IMG/VR virus record: IMGVR_UViG_3300012943_000043
Location: 1 to 42,216 of that record
From: a virus
Taxonomy: Duplodnaviria > Caudoviricetes
Length of the DNA stretch: 42,216 bases
Direction: 5' to 3' (one strand)
Part shown: piece after piece, positions 24,917 through 34,519 of the stretch
How positions within the stretch are numbered: position 1 is the stretch's first letter
Layout: every line of letters begins with the position of its first letter
Notes under the pieces: generated by a model
What the model saw: the letters and a program-made list of their open reading frames with translations, nothing else
Told to the model about the DNA's origin: nothing
Databases searched by the model: none
Translations under genes and position numbers: made by a program

Positions 24917-25681
24917 TCAGGTTCCGCGGGTGTGCACGCCGTAGACCCCCATCCACACCTGGCCGGCCGAGGTGACGGCGGCCTGTGCGGTGACTTGGAT
25001 CTTGACGTCGTGCTGCTTGAACCACGGGGTGATGTCGAACGGGCCTTGCGCGGACGTCTCGGCGGCGTCCTTGACCCAGGTCCCGACGGGCTCATCGTCG
25101 AGGTTGAGCGTGTAGGTGATGTTCCCGGCGCCCGTCGAGCGCCCCCACACACCGTTAATCCGGATCGTGGGGTGCACCACCATCGGGATGCGGCCTTCCC
25201 ACACGATCTGAGCCGTTGTGATGGTGCTGTCCGCGATGCGCCAGATACCGAGGCTGCCCGCGGCCGGAGCGACCGGGACGAACCGGGGGTACATCGGCAC
25301 CCCGAGGTACGGCTCGGCGAGCCCGATGCCGCCCTGGTCGTCGGCGATCACGGAGTCTTCGTTCTGGTCCCGCCACGAGGCGACCTGCTGCTCGGTGTCG
25401 CCGACGTAGTCCACGCCGAGGAAGCGCGTGCCGTCGTGCCTGTTCCAGAGAATGACCTGCTTGCCCGACACCGAGCCGGGGCCTGTGTAGAATGTGGTCT
25501 CGTCGGTGTCCGGGTCGATCACCCGGAAGCCGCCCTGTCCGCGCACGACGAACGTGCCGTCGGACACCGCAGTCGCCGGGCCACGCCGGGCCGCGCGAAG
25601 CTCGGCGATCTCGCGCCTGAGGGTGGCGATCTCCCGGGCCATCCAGTCCGGGCCCTTGGGGATGAGATCTCTCGGCGGCAC
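24917..25681 (-). CDS. Minor tail protein
   Basis: N-terminal coiled coil IATLRREIAELRAA then beta-rich body; tail module position. Confidence 0.75.
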   Translation of the reverse strand: MPPRDLIPKGPDWMAREIATLRREIAELRAARRGPATAVSDGTFVVRGQGGFRVIDPDTDETTFYTGPGSVSGKQVILWNRHDGTRFLGVDYVGDTEQQVASWRDQNEDSVIADDQGGIGLAEPYLGVPMYPRFVPVAPAAGSLGIWRIADSTITTAQIVWEGRIPMVVHPTIRINGVWGRSTGAGNITYTLNLDDEPVGTWVKDAAETSAQGPFDITPWFKQHDVKIQVTAQAAVTSAGQVWMGVYGVHTRGT

Positions 25682-26814
25682 TACTCGCCCTCCAGGGTCT
25701 CGGCCGCCTCGCTCGGGTCCCAGAGGACGAGCGAAACGCGGTCCGTCTCGGGGTTGAGGTTCCAGCCGATCGCACGGCCCTGGTCGGTGACGCCATCGGG
25801 GTGACGGTGACCGACCAGCTGCCAGGCCACGTCGTCGCCGAGGTTCCAGTCGACGCCGAGCAGCGGGTAGGCAGAGGCGTTCGCCTCAATGGCCCACGTC
25901 CGCGCACCCATCTTCATCACGGCGACCCGGGCCTGTGCGTGGCTGTTCAGCGTGGCCACGTCGGTGATCGACGACGACGGCTGGAAGCGGTGCTCCCAAC
26001 GCGGGAATCCGTTGGCCAGCAACACTTCGTCGCGAGCCGGTGCGGAGAACGGCTGGGAGTCGCCCTCGCCGCTCGAGTACGCGACGACGTGGTTGGCACC
26101 TCTGCCGGCCGAGTAGTCCTCGTCGTAGGTGTACTCCGCGCCAGAGGCGCCCACCGTGCCGAACACCGCGGCGGCCGATGTCTCGAAGACCGCGCTCGGC
26201 GACGGGCTGGCGATGCCGATGCGGCTGCGGACCCGGGCGATCTTCGACACGGCCGTCTGGGTCGCGTCCGCCCACTCCAGATCGATCGTCCACTCGGGAC
26301 CATCGAGCACGCCGGACAGCTCGTCCAAGGTAGCGAAGACGGTCTTGTTGTCCTTGTCGAAGTACGCCCGGTCGCGCAGCGTGCCGGACGCAGGCGCGTC
26401 AATGGTGAGGTCGATGCCCTCGTCCTGCGCGTCGCCGAGCAACTCCGCTGCGATCACCGACGCCTGGTCAACGTTGACCCAGACGTGGTCGCCGACGTAG
26501 CGCCGGTCGAGGTAGCCCTCGATGGTGACCGCGCTCAGCTCGACCGTGCCGTCCGTGCCGCCGTTGCGCCGCAACACGATGCCGCCCCAGATCGGGACGT
26601 CGTTCATGACCGCGACGATCAGCGAGCGGCCCGGCTCCGTTGCGCCCAGCCAGTCCCGAACCGGCACCGTGACGCCAGGCAGCGGGACCGGCAGGCTGAA
26701 CGAAGTGTTGGTGCTCGTTCCCAGGACCCGGCCGATCGAGCCGCCAAGGGTCAGGTCCGGCAACTCGTCGATGATCTGGCCGGAGACCAGGTCGCAACCG
26801 AGCCAGGTGATCAT
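25681..26814 (-). CDS. Minor tail protein (Gp37-like hub/Tal)
   Basis: PIWGGIV, EGYLDRR, GPEWTID, WNLGDDV patterns of actinophage tail hub proteins. Confidence 0.78.
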   Translation of the reverse strand: MITWLGCDLVSGQIIDELPDLTLGGSIGRVLGTSTNTSFSLPVPLPGVTVPVRDWLGATEPGRSLIVAVMNDVPIWGGIVLRRNGGTDGTVELSAVTIEGYLDRRYVGDHVWVNVDQASVIAAELLGDAQDEGIDLTIDAPASGTLRDRAYFDKDNKTVFATLDELSGVLDGPEWTIDLEWADATQTAVSKIARVRSRIGIASPSPSAVFETSAAAVFGTVGASGAEYTYDEDYSAGRGANHVVAYSSGEGDSQPFSAPARDEVLLANGFPRWEHRFQPSSSITDVATLNSHAQARVAVMKMGARTWAIEANASAYPLLGVDWNLGDDVAWQLVGHRHPDGVTDQGRAIGWNLNPETDRVSLVLWDPSEAAETLEGE

Positions 26815-28025
26815 GCGTTGTACCCGATGTACTCGACGCAGAGGACCGGGTAGATCGCGGCCGTCGTCGAGGTGCCCACTGTGGACCCGGACGACTGGAG
26901 CCCGGCGAGTTCGATGTAGTCACCAGCGGCGCACAGCACGCTGACCGTGTTGGTCGCACAGACCGAGGTCGTCGCGCCGCTCACGGCCGGGCCCTGGCTG
27001 CCGGGGATGGTGGTCCCGTTCTTGCGCAGCTCGGCCTGCCGGAGGTTCGGCGAGCCCGACGTCTGCGCCGCCCAACCCACGCTGCCGGACACCCGGTAGA
27101 CGCCGGCGATCGGCACGGTGTAGCGGCTGGAGTTCGTGACGTTGTCGTGGCCGCCGTGGGTGTCGAAGTCCTCGGTGTTCAGCGCGAGGACCGTCATCGA
27201 CCCCGACGCGACGTTGCCGCCCGTCGTCCGCAGCATCCGCGCCGCGGGGCGCTCAGGCACCCATGCCGAGCCGGAGTAGCGGTGCACCGCGCTCACGTTG
27301 CTGATGTAGGCCAGCTGCCCCGCGTAGGGGTGGGTAACCGCGGTGTCCCGGTCCGAGCCGGACGAGCAGAGCGCGAGACCCTGCACGCGCCAGGCAGTGC
27401 CGTCGTAGATCTCGACCCAGTCCCGGTCCGTGCGGTAGACCGCCTGCCCGTCGTGCGGGTTGGAGATCGCGTCGCGCGCCGCCTGCGATCGAACCGGCAG
27501 CAGCCCGCCCGCGGCCGACGTCCACGAGTAGTTGTTCGTGACAGCCGGAGAGCCCCCGCCCGACGCCGGCACGTCGATCGTCGCCAGCTTGATCGCGCCC
27601 GTCGGGACGCTCGGCTCGACGGGCGAGCCCGACGGGGTACCGGCGACGTACTCCGCGCGGTAGATCCGCAGCCCGCTAGCACTCTCGCTGTCGTCGTAGA
27701 CCTGGCCGCAGACGATGTCCTTGCGTGGCTGGGCGCCCTGCGCCGTGAGGGTCTTCGTCTCGGAGGCGGTCAGCGCCACCTGGTAGACGCCGGTGAGCGA
27801 GGACCAGCCGGGCGAGATCAGCCCGACGTGCGTGCCGATGGTGATCGTCGAGCCGGACAACGTGACGATGTTCGCCGCCGAGCCGCCCATGGGGCGAACG
27901 CCTGACCGACCGGCCAGCGGGACGCCGTCCCACATGGACAGCGCGGCCATGGCGGCGCGGTGCTGCTTGCCAGAGAACGACGGGCTACCGCCCGAGGCGT
28001 CAATAGGAAGGGCCAGGCCCGTCAT
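26811..28025 (-). CDS. Minor tail / receptor-binding protein
   Basis: Two ARDA...GQAVY...YDGTAW-type repeats; C-terminal C1q/TNF-like SRYTVPIAGVYRVSG. Confidence 0.75.
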   Translation of the reverse strand: MTGLALPIDASGGSPSFSGKQHRAAMAALSMWDGVPLAGRSGVRPMGGSAANIVTLSGSTITIGTHVGLISPGWSSLTGVYQVALTASETKTLTAQGAQPRKDIVCGQVYDDSESASGLRIYRAEYVAGTPSGSPVEPSVPTGAIKLATIDVPASGGGSPAVTNNYSWTSAAGGLLPVRSQAARDAISNPHDGQAVYRTDRDWVEIYDGTAWRVQGLALCSSGSDRDTAVTHPYAGQLAYISNVSAVHRYSGSAWVPERPAARMLRTTGGNVASGSMTVLALNTEDFDTHGGHDNVTNSSRYTVPIAGVYRVSGSVGWAAQTSGSPNLRQAELRKNGTTIPGSQGPAVSGATTSVCATNTVSVLCAAGDYIELAGLQSSGSTVGTSTTAAIYPVLCVEYIGYNA

Positions 28026-28037
28026 GCGCTTCTCCTG

Positions 28038-28895
28038 TCAGTACCGGGCATCGCGCCACGTGGCAGAGATCCGGGCCGTCGATTCGTAGGTCGAGGCGTT
28101 CCAGCTCAGCTCGGACGTGCCCGGGGAGAGGATCGGGAAGGTGCCGGCGGTCAGGCCGCGGCGCGACACCGTGTCGTTGAGCAGCACGGTGTGCGCCTTG
28201 GTGTCGATCGTCAGCCACTGTCCCGCGTCGAGGTCGAGGTTGAACTCGAGCGACTGCACGTCCGTGTCCCGCGCCAGGGAGAAGCGCGGCTGCTCGACCG
28301 GGCCGAAGATCCGGACAATGAGTCCTGTGTCGACGGAGCCGCTGTTGGTGAGCAGCGCCGTACCGACGACCGTCGTGGACGGCCACGAGATGCCCCACGT
28401 CACCGGCCAGGTCAGGCCGCCCGTGGTGATCGGCAGCGGGACCAGGCCGGTCGTGTGCTCGGCGACCGACAGCTTCACCGGGTCCGGCGCGGCGAACGTC
28501 GCCTGCCACCGGAAGGTAGTGCTGTTCAGGTTCTCGATGTCCGGAGCGTCGGCCCACTCGACGAGCACGCTGTACTGGCCGTCCGGCGCCGGGCCGGTGA
28601 GAGTCGTCAGCTCGCCGTCGAACAACAGCGCCGCCAGCTCGGCCGCCCGCCGGTCCCGCAGCTCGCGGGTCGGGGCGACGAGGCAGCCCGCCAGGGTCAT
28701 GGACCGGATGCCCGCCCAGGCGCGCGAGCGTGAGGCACCGTCGGCGAAAGGTCGCTTGTAGTGCTTCAGCTCACGGCCGGGGCCGCGCCACCAGTCCGCG
28801 TCCTCCTGGACGATCCACTCGCACCCGTCGGCGTCCCGCGCGTTCCAGGTGAACGGCCCGAGCTCGAACGTGTCCGGGAGGAGTGGGGTCGTCAC
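28038..28895 (-). CDS. Distal tail protein (Dit)
   Basis: Follows tape measure; FAAPDP, WPVTW, NSG, IFGPV, LTIDT, WRDARY. Confidence 0.82.
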   Translation of the reverse strand: MTTPLLPDTFELGPFTWNARDADGCEWIVQEDADWWRGPGRELKHYKRPFADGASRSRAWAGIRSMTLAGCLVAPTRELRDRRAAELAALLFDGELTTLTGPAPDGQYSVLVEWADAPDIENLNSTTFRWQATFAAPDPVKLSVAEHTTGLVPLPITTGGLTWPVTWGISWPSTTVVGTALLTNSGSVDTGLIVRIFGPVEQPRFSLARDTDVQSLEFNLDLDAGQWLTIDTKAHTVLLNDTVSRRGLTAGTFPILSPGTSELSWNASTYESTARISATWRDARY

Positions 28896-31672
28896 GTGAT
28901 CCTCCAGGCGAGCTTCGTGGCGACACGGTCAGCCAGCTGGTCGAGGTTCTCCCCCGGCATCTGGTAGAGGTTCTGCGTGACCGCCGTCCCGGCACCGCCA
29001 CCCGACCGCGCGCCGGCCAGAATGTCGGCCGTCGCCTTGGCGTTGTGGACGTAGCCGCCGGAGTTCGGCGTGATCAGCTCTGGGCCCTCCTCGCCGACCA
29101 GCGTCGGTACGTTCGGCGACAGCGGGCCGCCGGTCGCCCTGCGCTGGAAGCCGCCGGTGGGCAGATGCGCCGCGGCCTGCGCGTTGCCGCTCAGGTTGAC
29201 GTGGACGTCGACCACCTTGTTGCGGATGGAAGCGAGCTTGTCTCGGACCACGTCGAGCGCCGACTTGGCCTGCGCGGTGTTGGCCACCACGCGGACCGTG
29301 CGCCCGCTCGGCAGCGACACGACCTGGGTCTTGAACCCGCTCGTCTGCATCGCCGCGTTGTAGGCCGCCAGCTCCGAATCGGACAGACCGTCGACCAGGC
29401 GCAGCAAGGAACTCGGGGCCTTCACGCCAGCGGCGTTGACCATCTCGAGGATCTTGCCGTTGTACGCCTTGGTTGCCGCGGCAGCCTGCTCGGAAGCCGA
29501 CTTGCCGGCGTTGTCCTTCTGCGCCTTCAGCACGGCGGCATTGGCGGCGTTGATGTACGCCTGCTCCAGCTGGAGGTTGGCGTTGCGCGCCTCGTTGCTG
29601 TTCTTGCCGTGCGCCCGAACCGCGTCAGCGGCGGCCTTCTCCGCGGTCTGCACCTGGAGGTTGGCCTGCCGCAGCGCGACATCCGCGTTGGCCGCAGCGA
29701 GCGCCTGGTTGGCCAGATCGAGCAGCGCGTCCTCGTGGGACTTGGTCGCCTCGGCCGCCCCGCGCTCCGCGTTGTTGACCTGTACGGCGGCATCCCGCAG
29801 CGCGTAGTGCGCCGAGGTGGCCTGTGCCGAGTTCGGTCCGAACTCCGCGACCGCGTTGTCATAGTCGCGCTGGGCCGCGGACGCATTGGCTTGGGCGCGC
29901 TCCAGCTCGGACATCTCCGCGCGCTGTTGCTTCACCGAACCGGTGATGTTGTCGATGGCGTTCTGCGCCCCGGAGCTCAACCAGGACTCGCCGGTGGCGA
30001 CGTCGCGGAGGCCCTCGAGCTGGCGGCGTGCGTCGTCGGCTGCCTTGCCGCCCTTGAGCAGCGCGGTGGCCGTGGCTTCCTGCGCGTCCGCAGCAGCCTG
30101 TGACCGCTGCGCGACTTGCTCGAACGCCAGGCCGAGCCCGACGGCGGCCACGCCGACGACCGGCAGGGCCGAGCCGACCTTGGTCAGCGCGGAGCCCGCG
30201 GCCTTGCCAGCCGTGACGACCTTGTGCCCGGCAGATGCCGAACCGGTCAGCTGCCAGGTCATCACGCCTGCGCGTTCGGCAACGGAGCTGATCTTGTCGG
30301 CGAGCGGCTGTAGCTTCTGCGCGACCTCCGACGGTTTGATGCTCCGCAGCGCGCCCGGGATACCGCCGAGCGTGCCGCCGAACAGCCGCCACGCCGCAGC
30401 GCCGCCGATCGCGAGACCGGTCACCACGCCGAGCGGGCCGGACAGGTCACCGATCAGGTCGACGAGCAGGGTCAGCACATGCGCCGCAAGCTGAAGGCCG
30501 AGGCCAAACAGCTGGAACGCCGGGGCCGCGACGGCGGCAGCGACGTGCGCGGCAGTGGCGACACCGTCGGCGATCTCGTCGGCGTTGCGTTCGACCGCGT
30601 CGAGTACCTTGTCCAGGCTCTCGAGTGCGGTCTTCAGCAGGCCGCCGCCAGCCTGAGCGAGGTCGAGCAGCGGGGGCAGCGCCTTGCCGGCGATCGTGCC
30701 GAGGGTGCCCAGCGCGCTGGCTGCACCGTCCTTGATGGACGGCCACAAGTCGCTGAAGCGGCGCTTCGCGTCGTCGAGGGCGTCCGAGACCGTCGGGCCG
30801 AACTCTTCCTTGAGCCGGCTGCCGAAGGTCGTCGCGGCGTCGAGCCCGCGCTCCAGGCCGGTCGCGAAGGAGACCGCCCACTGGTTCGCGCGGTCCGAAC
30901 CGACCAGGTCGCCCATGGCGCCGGTCAGCTTCTTGGTCTCGTTGAACAACGGCTTGAACGCCGTGCCCAGCAGGATCTGCGTGTTGTCCTTAAGGGACGA
31001 CCACTGCCCGATCAGCGTGCCGGACTGGGCGATCATCGCGCCGCCGTAGTCCTTCTGCATCTGCGCGAACAGCTTCGGCAGCGTCTCCTGGGCGTTCAGC
31101 TTGCCGGCCGAGGACAGCTTCTGGAGCTCGCCGACGCTCTTGCCGGTGGCCTTGCTCAGCAGCTGCCAGACGGGAATCCCGTTCTCGACCATCTGCATGA
31201 GCTCTTCGCCCTGCAACTTGCCCTTGCCCATGGCCTGGGTGGTCGCGAGGAGAATGTTGTTGAAGCGTTCCTGGTCGATGCCCAGCGCGCCGGCGGCGTT
31301 GCCCAGCGAGGTCAGCGTCGGGATGACGTTCTTCGCCGCCACGCCCACGCCGAGCAGCTGCCGCGCGTTGTTGATCAGACCGGGCAGCTCGAACGGGGTC
31401 TTGGCCGCGAACTGTTGCAGGTCAACGAGGAAGCTCTCGGCCTTCTGGCCCGAGCCAAGCAGCGTCGTGAACGCGATCGACGCTTGCTCGCGCATCGCCA
31501 GGAAGCCGATACCCATCTTCGCCGCGGCACCCGTGACGAGCGCACCGGTCGCTGCCACCTTCGTGAAGGCCCCACCGGCGAACCGGACGAAGGCGCCGAG
31601 GGCAGCCCGCGCGCCGGACTCGTCCACGCTGACGGCAATGTAGCCGCTGCCGATCCGCGTCCCTTGGGGCAC
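28892..31672 (-). CDS. Tape measure protein
   Basis: 926 aa Ala/Gly-rich; FAAKTPFEL and KGKLQGEELMQMVENGIP tape-measure domain; C-terminal ATGG...VGEEGPEL. Confidence 0.95.
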   Translation of the reverse strand: MPQGTRIGSGYIAVSVDESGARAALGAFVRFAGGAFTKVAATGALVTGAAAKMGIGFLAMREQASIAFTTLLGSGQKAESFLVDLQQFAAKTPFELPGLINNARQLLGVGVAAKNVIPTLTSLGNAAGALGIDQERFNNILLATTQAMGKGKLQGEELMQMVENGIPVWQLLSKATGKSVGELQKLSSAGKLNAQETLPKLFAQMQKDYGGAMIAQSGTLIGQWSSLKDNTQILLGTAFKPLFNETKKLTGAMGDLVGSDRANQWAVSFATGLERGLDAATTFGSRLKEEFGPTVSDALDDAKRRFSDLWPSIKDGAASALGTLGTIAGKALPPLLDLAQAGGGLLKTALESLDKVLDAVERNADEIADGVATAAHVAAAVAAPAFQLFGLGLQLAAHVLTLLVDLIGDLSGPLGVVTGLAIGGAAAWRLFGGTLGGIPGALRSIKPSEVAQKLQPLADKISSVAERAGVMTWQLTGSASAGHKVVTAGKAAGSALTKVGSALPVVGVAAVGLGLAFEQVAQRSQAAADAQEATATALLKGGKAADDARRQLEGLRDVATGESWLSSGAQNAIDNITGSVKQQRAEMSELERAQANASAAQRDYDNAVAEFGPNSAQATSAHYALRDAAVQVNNAERGAAEATKSHEDALLDLANQALAAANADVALRQANLQVQTAEKAAADAVRAHGKNSNEARNANLQLEQAYINAANAAVLKAQKDNAGKSASEQAAAATKAYNGKILEMVNAAGVKAPSSLLRLVDGLSDSELAAYNAAMQTSGFKTQVVSLPSGRTVRVVANTAQAKSALDVVRDKLASIRNKVVDVHVNLSGNAQAAAHLPTGGFQRRATGGPLSPNVPTLVGEEGPELITPNSGGYVHNAKATADILAGARSGGGAGTAVTQNLYQMPGENLDQLADRVATKLAWRIT

Positions 31673-31684
31673 GGCGCACCTCCG

Positions 31685-32499
31685 CTAGGTCGTAGGTGCG
31701 GGGGGCTTCTTGACAGGCGGCAGGCCTACCGCGCCGAACCAGGCGTTGAGGGTCTTGCGGCGCTGGGTTTCCTCGCCCGGCCGCGGGATCAACTTCGGCA
31801 TCGGCAAGCGCTTCTGGCTGTGCGCCTGGAGGAACGCCCAGAGCTGCATCTGCATCTGGTCGTGGATCGCGACGAGGAACCAGTCCGTCTGGGACCAGAT
31901 GTCCGGCGAGGCGTCCTCGATCGGCGGCGGGGTATCGACGATCCCGGCCGCGCGGCGGCGCTCGCGGGACAGCTTGCCGAGCCGGGAGTCCGGCGGCAGG
32001 CTTCGAATCAGCATCCGCAAGCGACGCAAGGTCATCGTCCCGGCGTAGAAGTCGCCGAGGTCGTGGTCGGGCAGGAGGTCAAGTTCGAGCGCCTCCCGAA
32101 GCTCCTCATCCTCGAGGAGACTCAGGAGGCCAGGGATTCCCCCGCGTTGCCCCCGATCGTCGTCTTGGCGAACGCGTCCCAGAACTCCTGCTGCGCCGCG
32201 GCCGAGGAGAACAAGTCGGGCGCCAGCTCGTACAGCGTGACCAGGTTGTCCCCGCCGAGCAGGGACTCGAAGGCATCGACCATCATGCCGGCCGCGGACA
32301 TCAGGCCCGCCGACCCGCGCGACGCCAAGTTGATGGCGAACGCGGCCTTGTTGAAATCGACCTCGTTCACGTCGATCTCGAAGCCGTGCCCGCGGAACTC
32401 GAAGACGAGCTTGCCGCCCGTGGCCTCGGCGGCGAGGGCGTGCGGGGCTGGCTGCGCGGGGCGGGACTGCGGCGGGCGCCGGCGTCGGTTGTTGCTCAT
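31685..32499 (-). CDS. Tail assembly chaperone, -1 frameshift-extended product
   Basis: Frame 0 ...NAGE shifts at GGGGGAA into the -1 frame GGIPGLLSLL...LIRSLPPDSR...IPRPG. Confidence 0.8.
32122..32499 (-). CDS. Tail assembly chaperone (short form)
   Basis: 125-aa ORF between tail tube and tape measure ending GESLAS. Confidence 0.85.
   Translation of the reverse strand: MSNNRRRRPPQSRPAQPAPHALAAEATGGKLVFEFRGHGFEIDVNEVDFNKAAFAINLASRGSAGLMSAAGMMVDAFESLLGGDNLVTLYELAPDLFSSAAAQQEFWDAFAKTTIGGNAGESLAS
32137..32143 (-). other. Programmed -1 frameshift slippery site GGGGGAA
   Basis: GCG GGG GAA TCC near end of chaperone ORF; overlapping -1 frame open to 31685. Confidence 0.8.
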
Positions 32500-32501
32500 G
32501 G

Positions 32502-32769
32502 GGTGCGGCTCCCTTGTGGACTAGAAGCGGGGCTCGGGCTTCGCGATGCTGCGCACCAGGGCGCTGAAGCCCTCCTCGAAGTGGGTCTTCGCGACGCTGG
32601 CCCAACGCATGCCGAGGGTCTCCAGCTCGCGGACGCGACGCCACAGCACGCCGAGTTCCACCTCGGCCTGCTTGACCTCGTTGATGGCGTCGACCTCAGG
32701 CTGCGACAGGTCGCGGTACCCGCTGATCTGCTTGTGTTGGTCGTCCATGGTGCGGCTCCCTTGTGGACT
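32502..32769. repeat. 21-bp direct repeats flanking acb2-like gene
   Basis: GGTGCGGCTCCCTTGTGGACT at 32502-32522 and 32749-32769; each contains the RBS AAGGGAG on the minus strand. Confidence 0.95.
32521..32748 (-). CDS. acb2: Anti-CBASS protein Acb2-like cyclic oligonucleotide sponge (75 aa)
   Basis: MDDQHKQISGYRDLSQPEVDAINEVK...RWASVAKTHFEEGFSALVRSIAKP matches the recalled Acb2 pattern [20 protein letters not shown]...RWLAIGKT...RAIAQP; true start ATG 32748. Confidence 0.88.
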   Translation of the reverse strand: MDDQHKQISGYRDLSQPEVDAINEVKQAEVELGVLWRRVRELETLGMRWASVAKTHFEEGFSALVRSIAKPEPRF

Positions 32770-32785
32770 GTGCGGCAGATGGAGA

Positions 32786-32818
32786 CCGGGGCGTCCGGCC
32801 GCACGTCGGACGCCCCGG
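32786..32818. terminator. Hairpin downstream of major tail gene
   Basis: 12-bp perfect stem CCGGGGCGTCCG/CGGACGCCCCGG, 9-nt loop. Confidence 0.6.
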
Positions 32819-32825
32819 AGACTGA

Positions 32826-33422
32826 TCAGGCAGCCATGCCCGGGTGGTTGGTGGCGATGTAGTACAGCTCGGCGAGGTCGTCCTCGAAGTCGAAGGTCAC
32901 CTGGATGTTGCCGGTGTCGGTGCCGGTGAACTGCAGGTCGCCGACCTCGGACACCGTGCACCGCGGCACGTACCAGAGGAGCTTGACGTCGAAGTCGGTG
33001 TCCTCGATCTCGAACAGCGCCGCCTTGGGCGGGTTACCGCCGTTGCGCGGGATCGACAGGGTCACCGTGCCGTTGGCGCCGTTGGTGTACGTGGTGCCCG
33101 GCTCGACCAGGTCCCAGACCGAGCGGTTGAATTCACGCAAGGTGAACTGCGCCGAGCGGATCTTCATGGACAGGATCGACCGGAGCAGGCCGCCGTCCAG
33201 CTGCCAGGCGCCGATCCGGTTAATGGTGCGGTCCTGGCTGAAGGTGGGCGTGTCCTCCTCGTGCAGGTAGCCGAGGTTCGCGTCGGACCACGTGCTCGGC
33301 AGCGCGGCGGTCACGTCCACGCTGGAGTCAGCCGGCAGGGTGAACGGGTGCGCGCTGCCGTGCGGCAGGACGTACACGTTGCCGATCTTGCCAACGAGGG
33401 TGTTCTCTACGGTTGGGGCCAC
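32826..33422 (-). CDS. Major tail (tube) protein
   Basis: NLGYLHEED, IGAWQ, FTLRE patterns; GTG 33422 after AAGGAG. Confidence 0.88.
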   Translation of the reverse strand: MAPTVENTLVGKIGNVYVLPHGSAHPFTLPADSSVDVTAALPSTWSDANLGYLHEEDTPTFSQDRTINRIGAWQLDGGLLRSILSMKIRSAQFTLREFNRSVWDLVEPGTTYTNGANGTVTLSIPRNGGNPPKAALFEIEDTDFDVKLLWYVPRCTVSEVGDLQFTGTDTGNIQVTFDFEDDLAELYYIATNHPGMAA

Positions 33423-33435
33423 GGGCTTCTCCTTG

Positions 33436-33873
33436 TCAGATCGGCCGGTAGGTGGCCGAGATCGAGATGACCGCACGCGGGGTGCGGGTGTCTGGGTCCT
33501 CGAGCGGGAACGGCTCGTCGGTCAGTCGCACGACGGTGAAACCCGCCTCCGCGGTCACGCGGCCCTCCAGCGACTGCACGACGGCGGCCACGAACCGGGC
33601 CTGCTCCATCGCGTCGAAGAGATCCTCGTCGTAGAGGTGCAGATCGAACAGCGCCGTTGCGAGTCGCAAGGGGACATTCCGTCGGCCCCCCGGCACCTGG
33701 TTCACCTGTAGGAGCGGCAGCTCGTCGGGGAACTCCGGCGGCAGGGTGGCGCACACGCGGCTGCGGCCGGCGGGCGTCTCGCCTTGCAGCGCCTCAGGAA
33801 GGTCGGGGTGCGCCCGCAGAAGCTCGAGCACCGCTTTCCAGGGGTTGGGCATCGGCACGACCGGGACCGGCAC
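33436..33873 (-). CDS. Tail terminator protein
   Basis: LPLLQVNQVPGG...FDLHLY; position before tail tube. Confidence 0.75.
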   Translation of the reverse strand: MPVPVVPMPNPWKAVLELLRAHPDLPEALQGETPAGRSRVCATLPPEFPDELPLLQVNQVPGGRRNVPLRLATALFDLHLYDEDLFDAMEQARFVAAVVQSLEGRVTAEAGFTVVRLTDEPFPLEDPDTRTPRAVISISATYRPI

Positions 33874-33876
33874 GGC

Positions 33877-34173
33877 CTACCCCTTCCGGATCGCGCGGCG
33901 GCCCGGAGCCTGCGCGCGCATACTCGACGTGCCGTACTCGAGGTAGGGCCACGCCGACTCGGGGTCGCGGGCCATGCTCGCCGAGACGATCGTCTGCTTG
34001 CCCTGGTCCTCGACCGCGATGCTGTTGTCCGTTGCGCCGGTGTCCCGGTGGATGTTCGCCTTCCACGCCTGGGCGATCTTCGCTCCCGCACGGCGGCGGG
34101 TGGCCTTGGACAGCGGCCCGTTGAGGATGGCCTCGATGGCACCAGGGTTGTAGACGAAGCGTGAGCTAGCCAC
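33877..34173 (-). CDS. HK97 gp10-like neck protein
   Basis: DTGATDNSI...YLEYGTSSMRAQ. Confidence 0.8.
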   Translation of the reverse strand: MASSRFVYNPGAIEAILNGPLSKATRRRAGAKIAQAWKANIHRDTGATDNSIAVEDQGKQTIVSASMARDPESAWPYLEYGTSSMRAQAPGRRAIRKG

Positions 34174-34519
34174 GGCTGGTCACCTCCCCGGAGTAGGTCT
34201 CGACCTGGCACTCGAAGTGATGCAAGCCAGTGGGCGTGTGTACCGGGTAGACGGACGTCACGTTGAACGTCTTGCCGTCCACGCGGACGCGGGTCGTCTC
34301 GTCGACTACGGCGTCCGGCGGCAGGAACAGCTTGGCCTGGCCGATCGCGACCTCGCGGGCGTCGGTCAGCTCGAAGCCGCTACTCAGCTGGAGGCGGCTC
34401 TTGACCGTCTGGCTTGGGGTCGGCGGGTACACGAGGCGGCTTTGGTCGCCGAATCCGTCGGTCTCCGTCGTTGGCCGGAAGAGCTCGGCCGTCTGACCCA
34501 GCAGGCTTGTGAGGCTCAC
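34166..34519 (-). CDS. Head-to-tail stopper / head closure protein
   Basis: DGFGD...LFLPP...RVRVDGKTFNV...HHFEC. Confidence 0.82.
   Translation of the reverse strand: MSLTSLLGQTAELFRPTTETDGFGDQSRLVYPPTPSQTVKSRLQLSSGFELTDAREVAIGQAKLFLPPDAVVDETTRVRVDGKTFNVTSVYPVHTPTGLHHFECQVETYSGEVTSRG

Noticed and set aside
21225-28025. Diversity-generating retroelement or invertible tail-fibre cassette
   Set aside because: No reverse transcriptase, TR/VR pair or invertase seen
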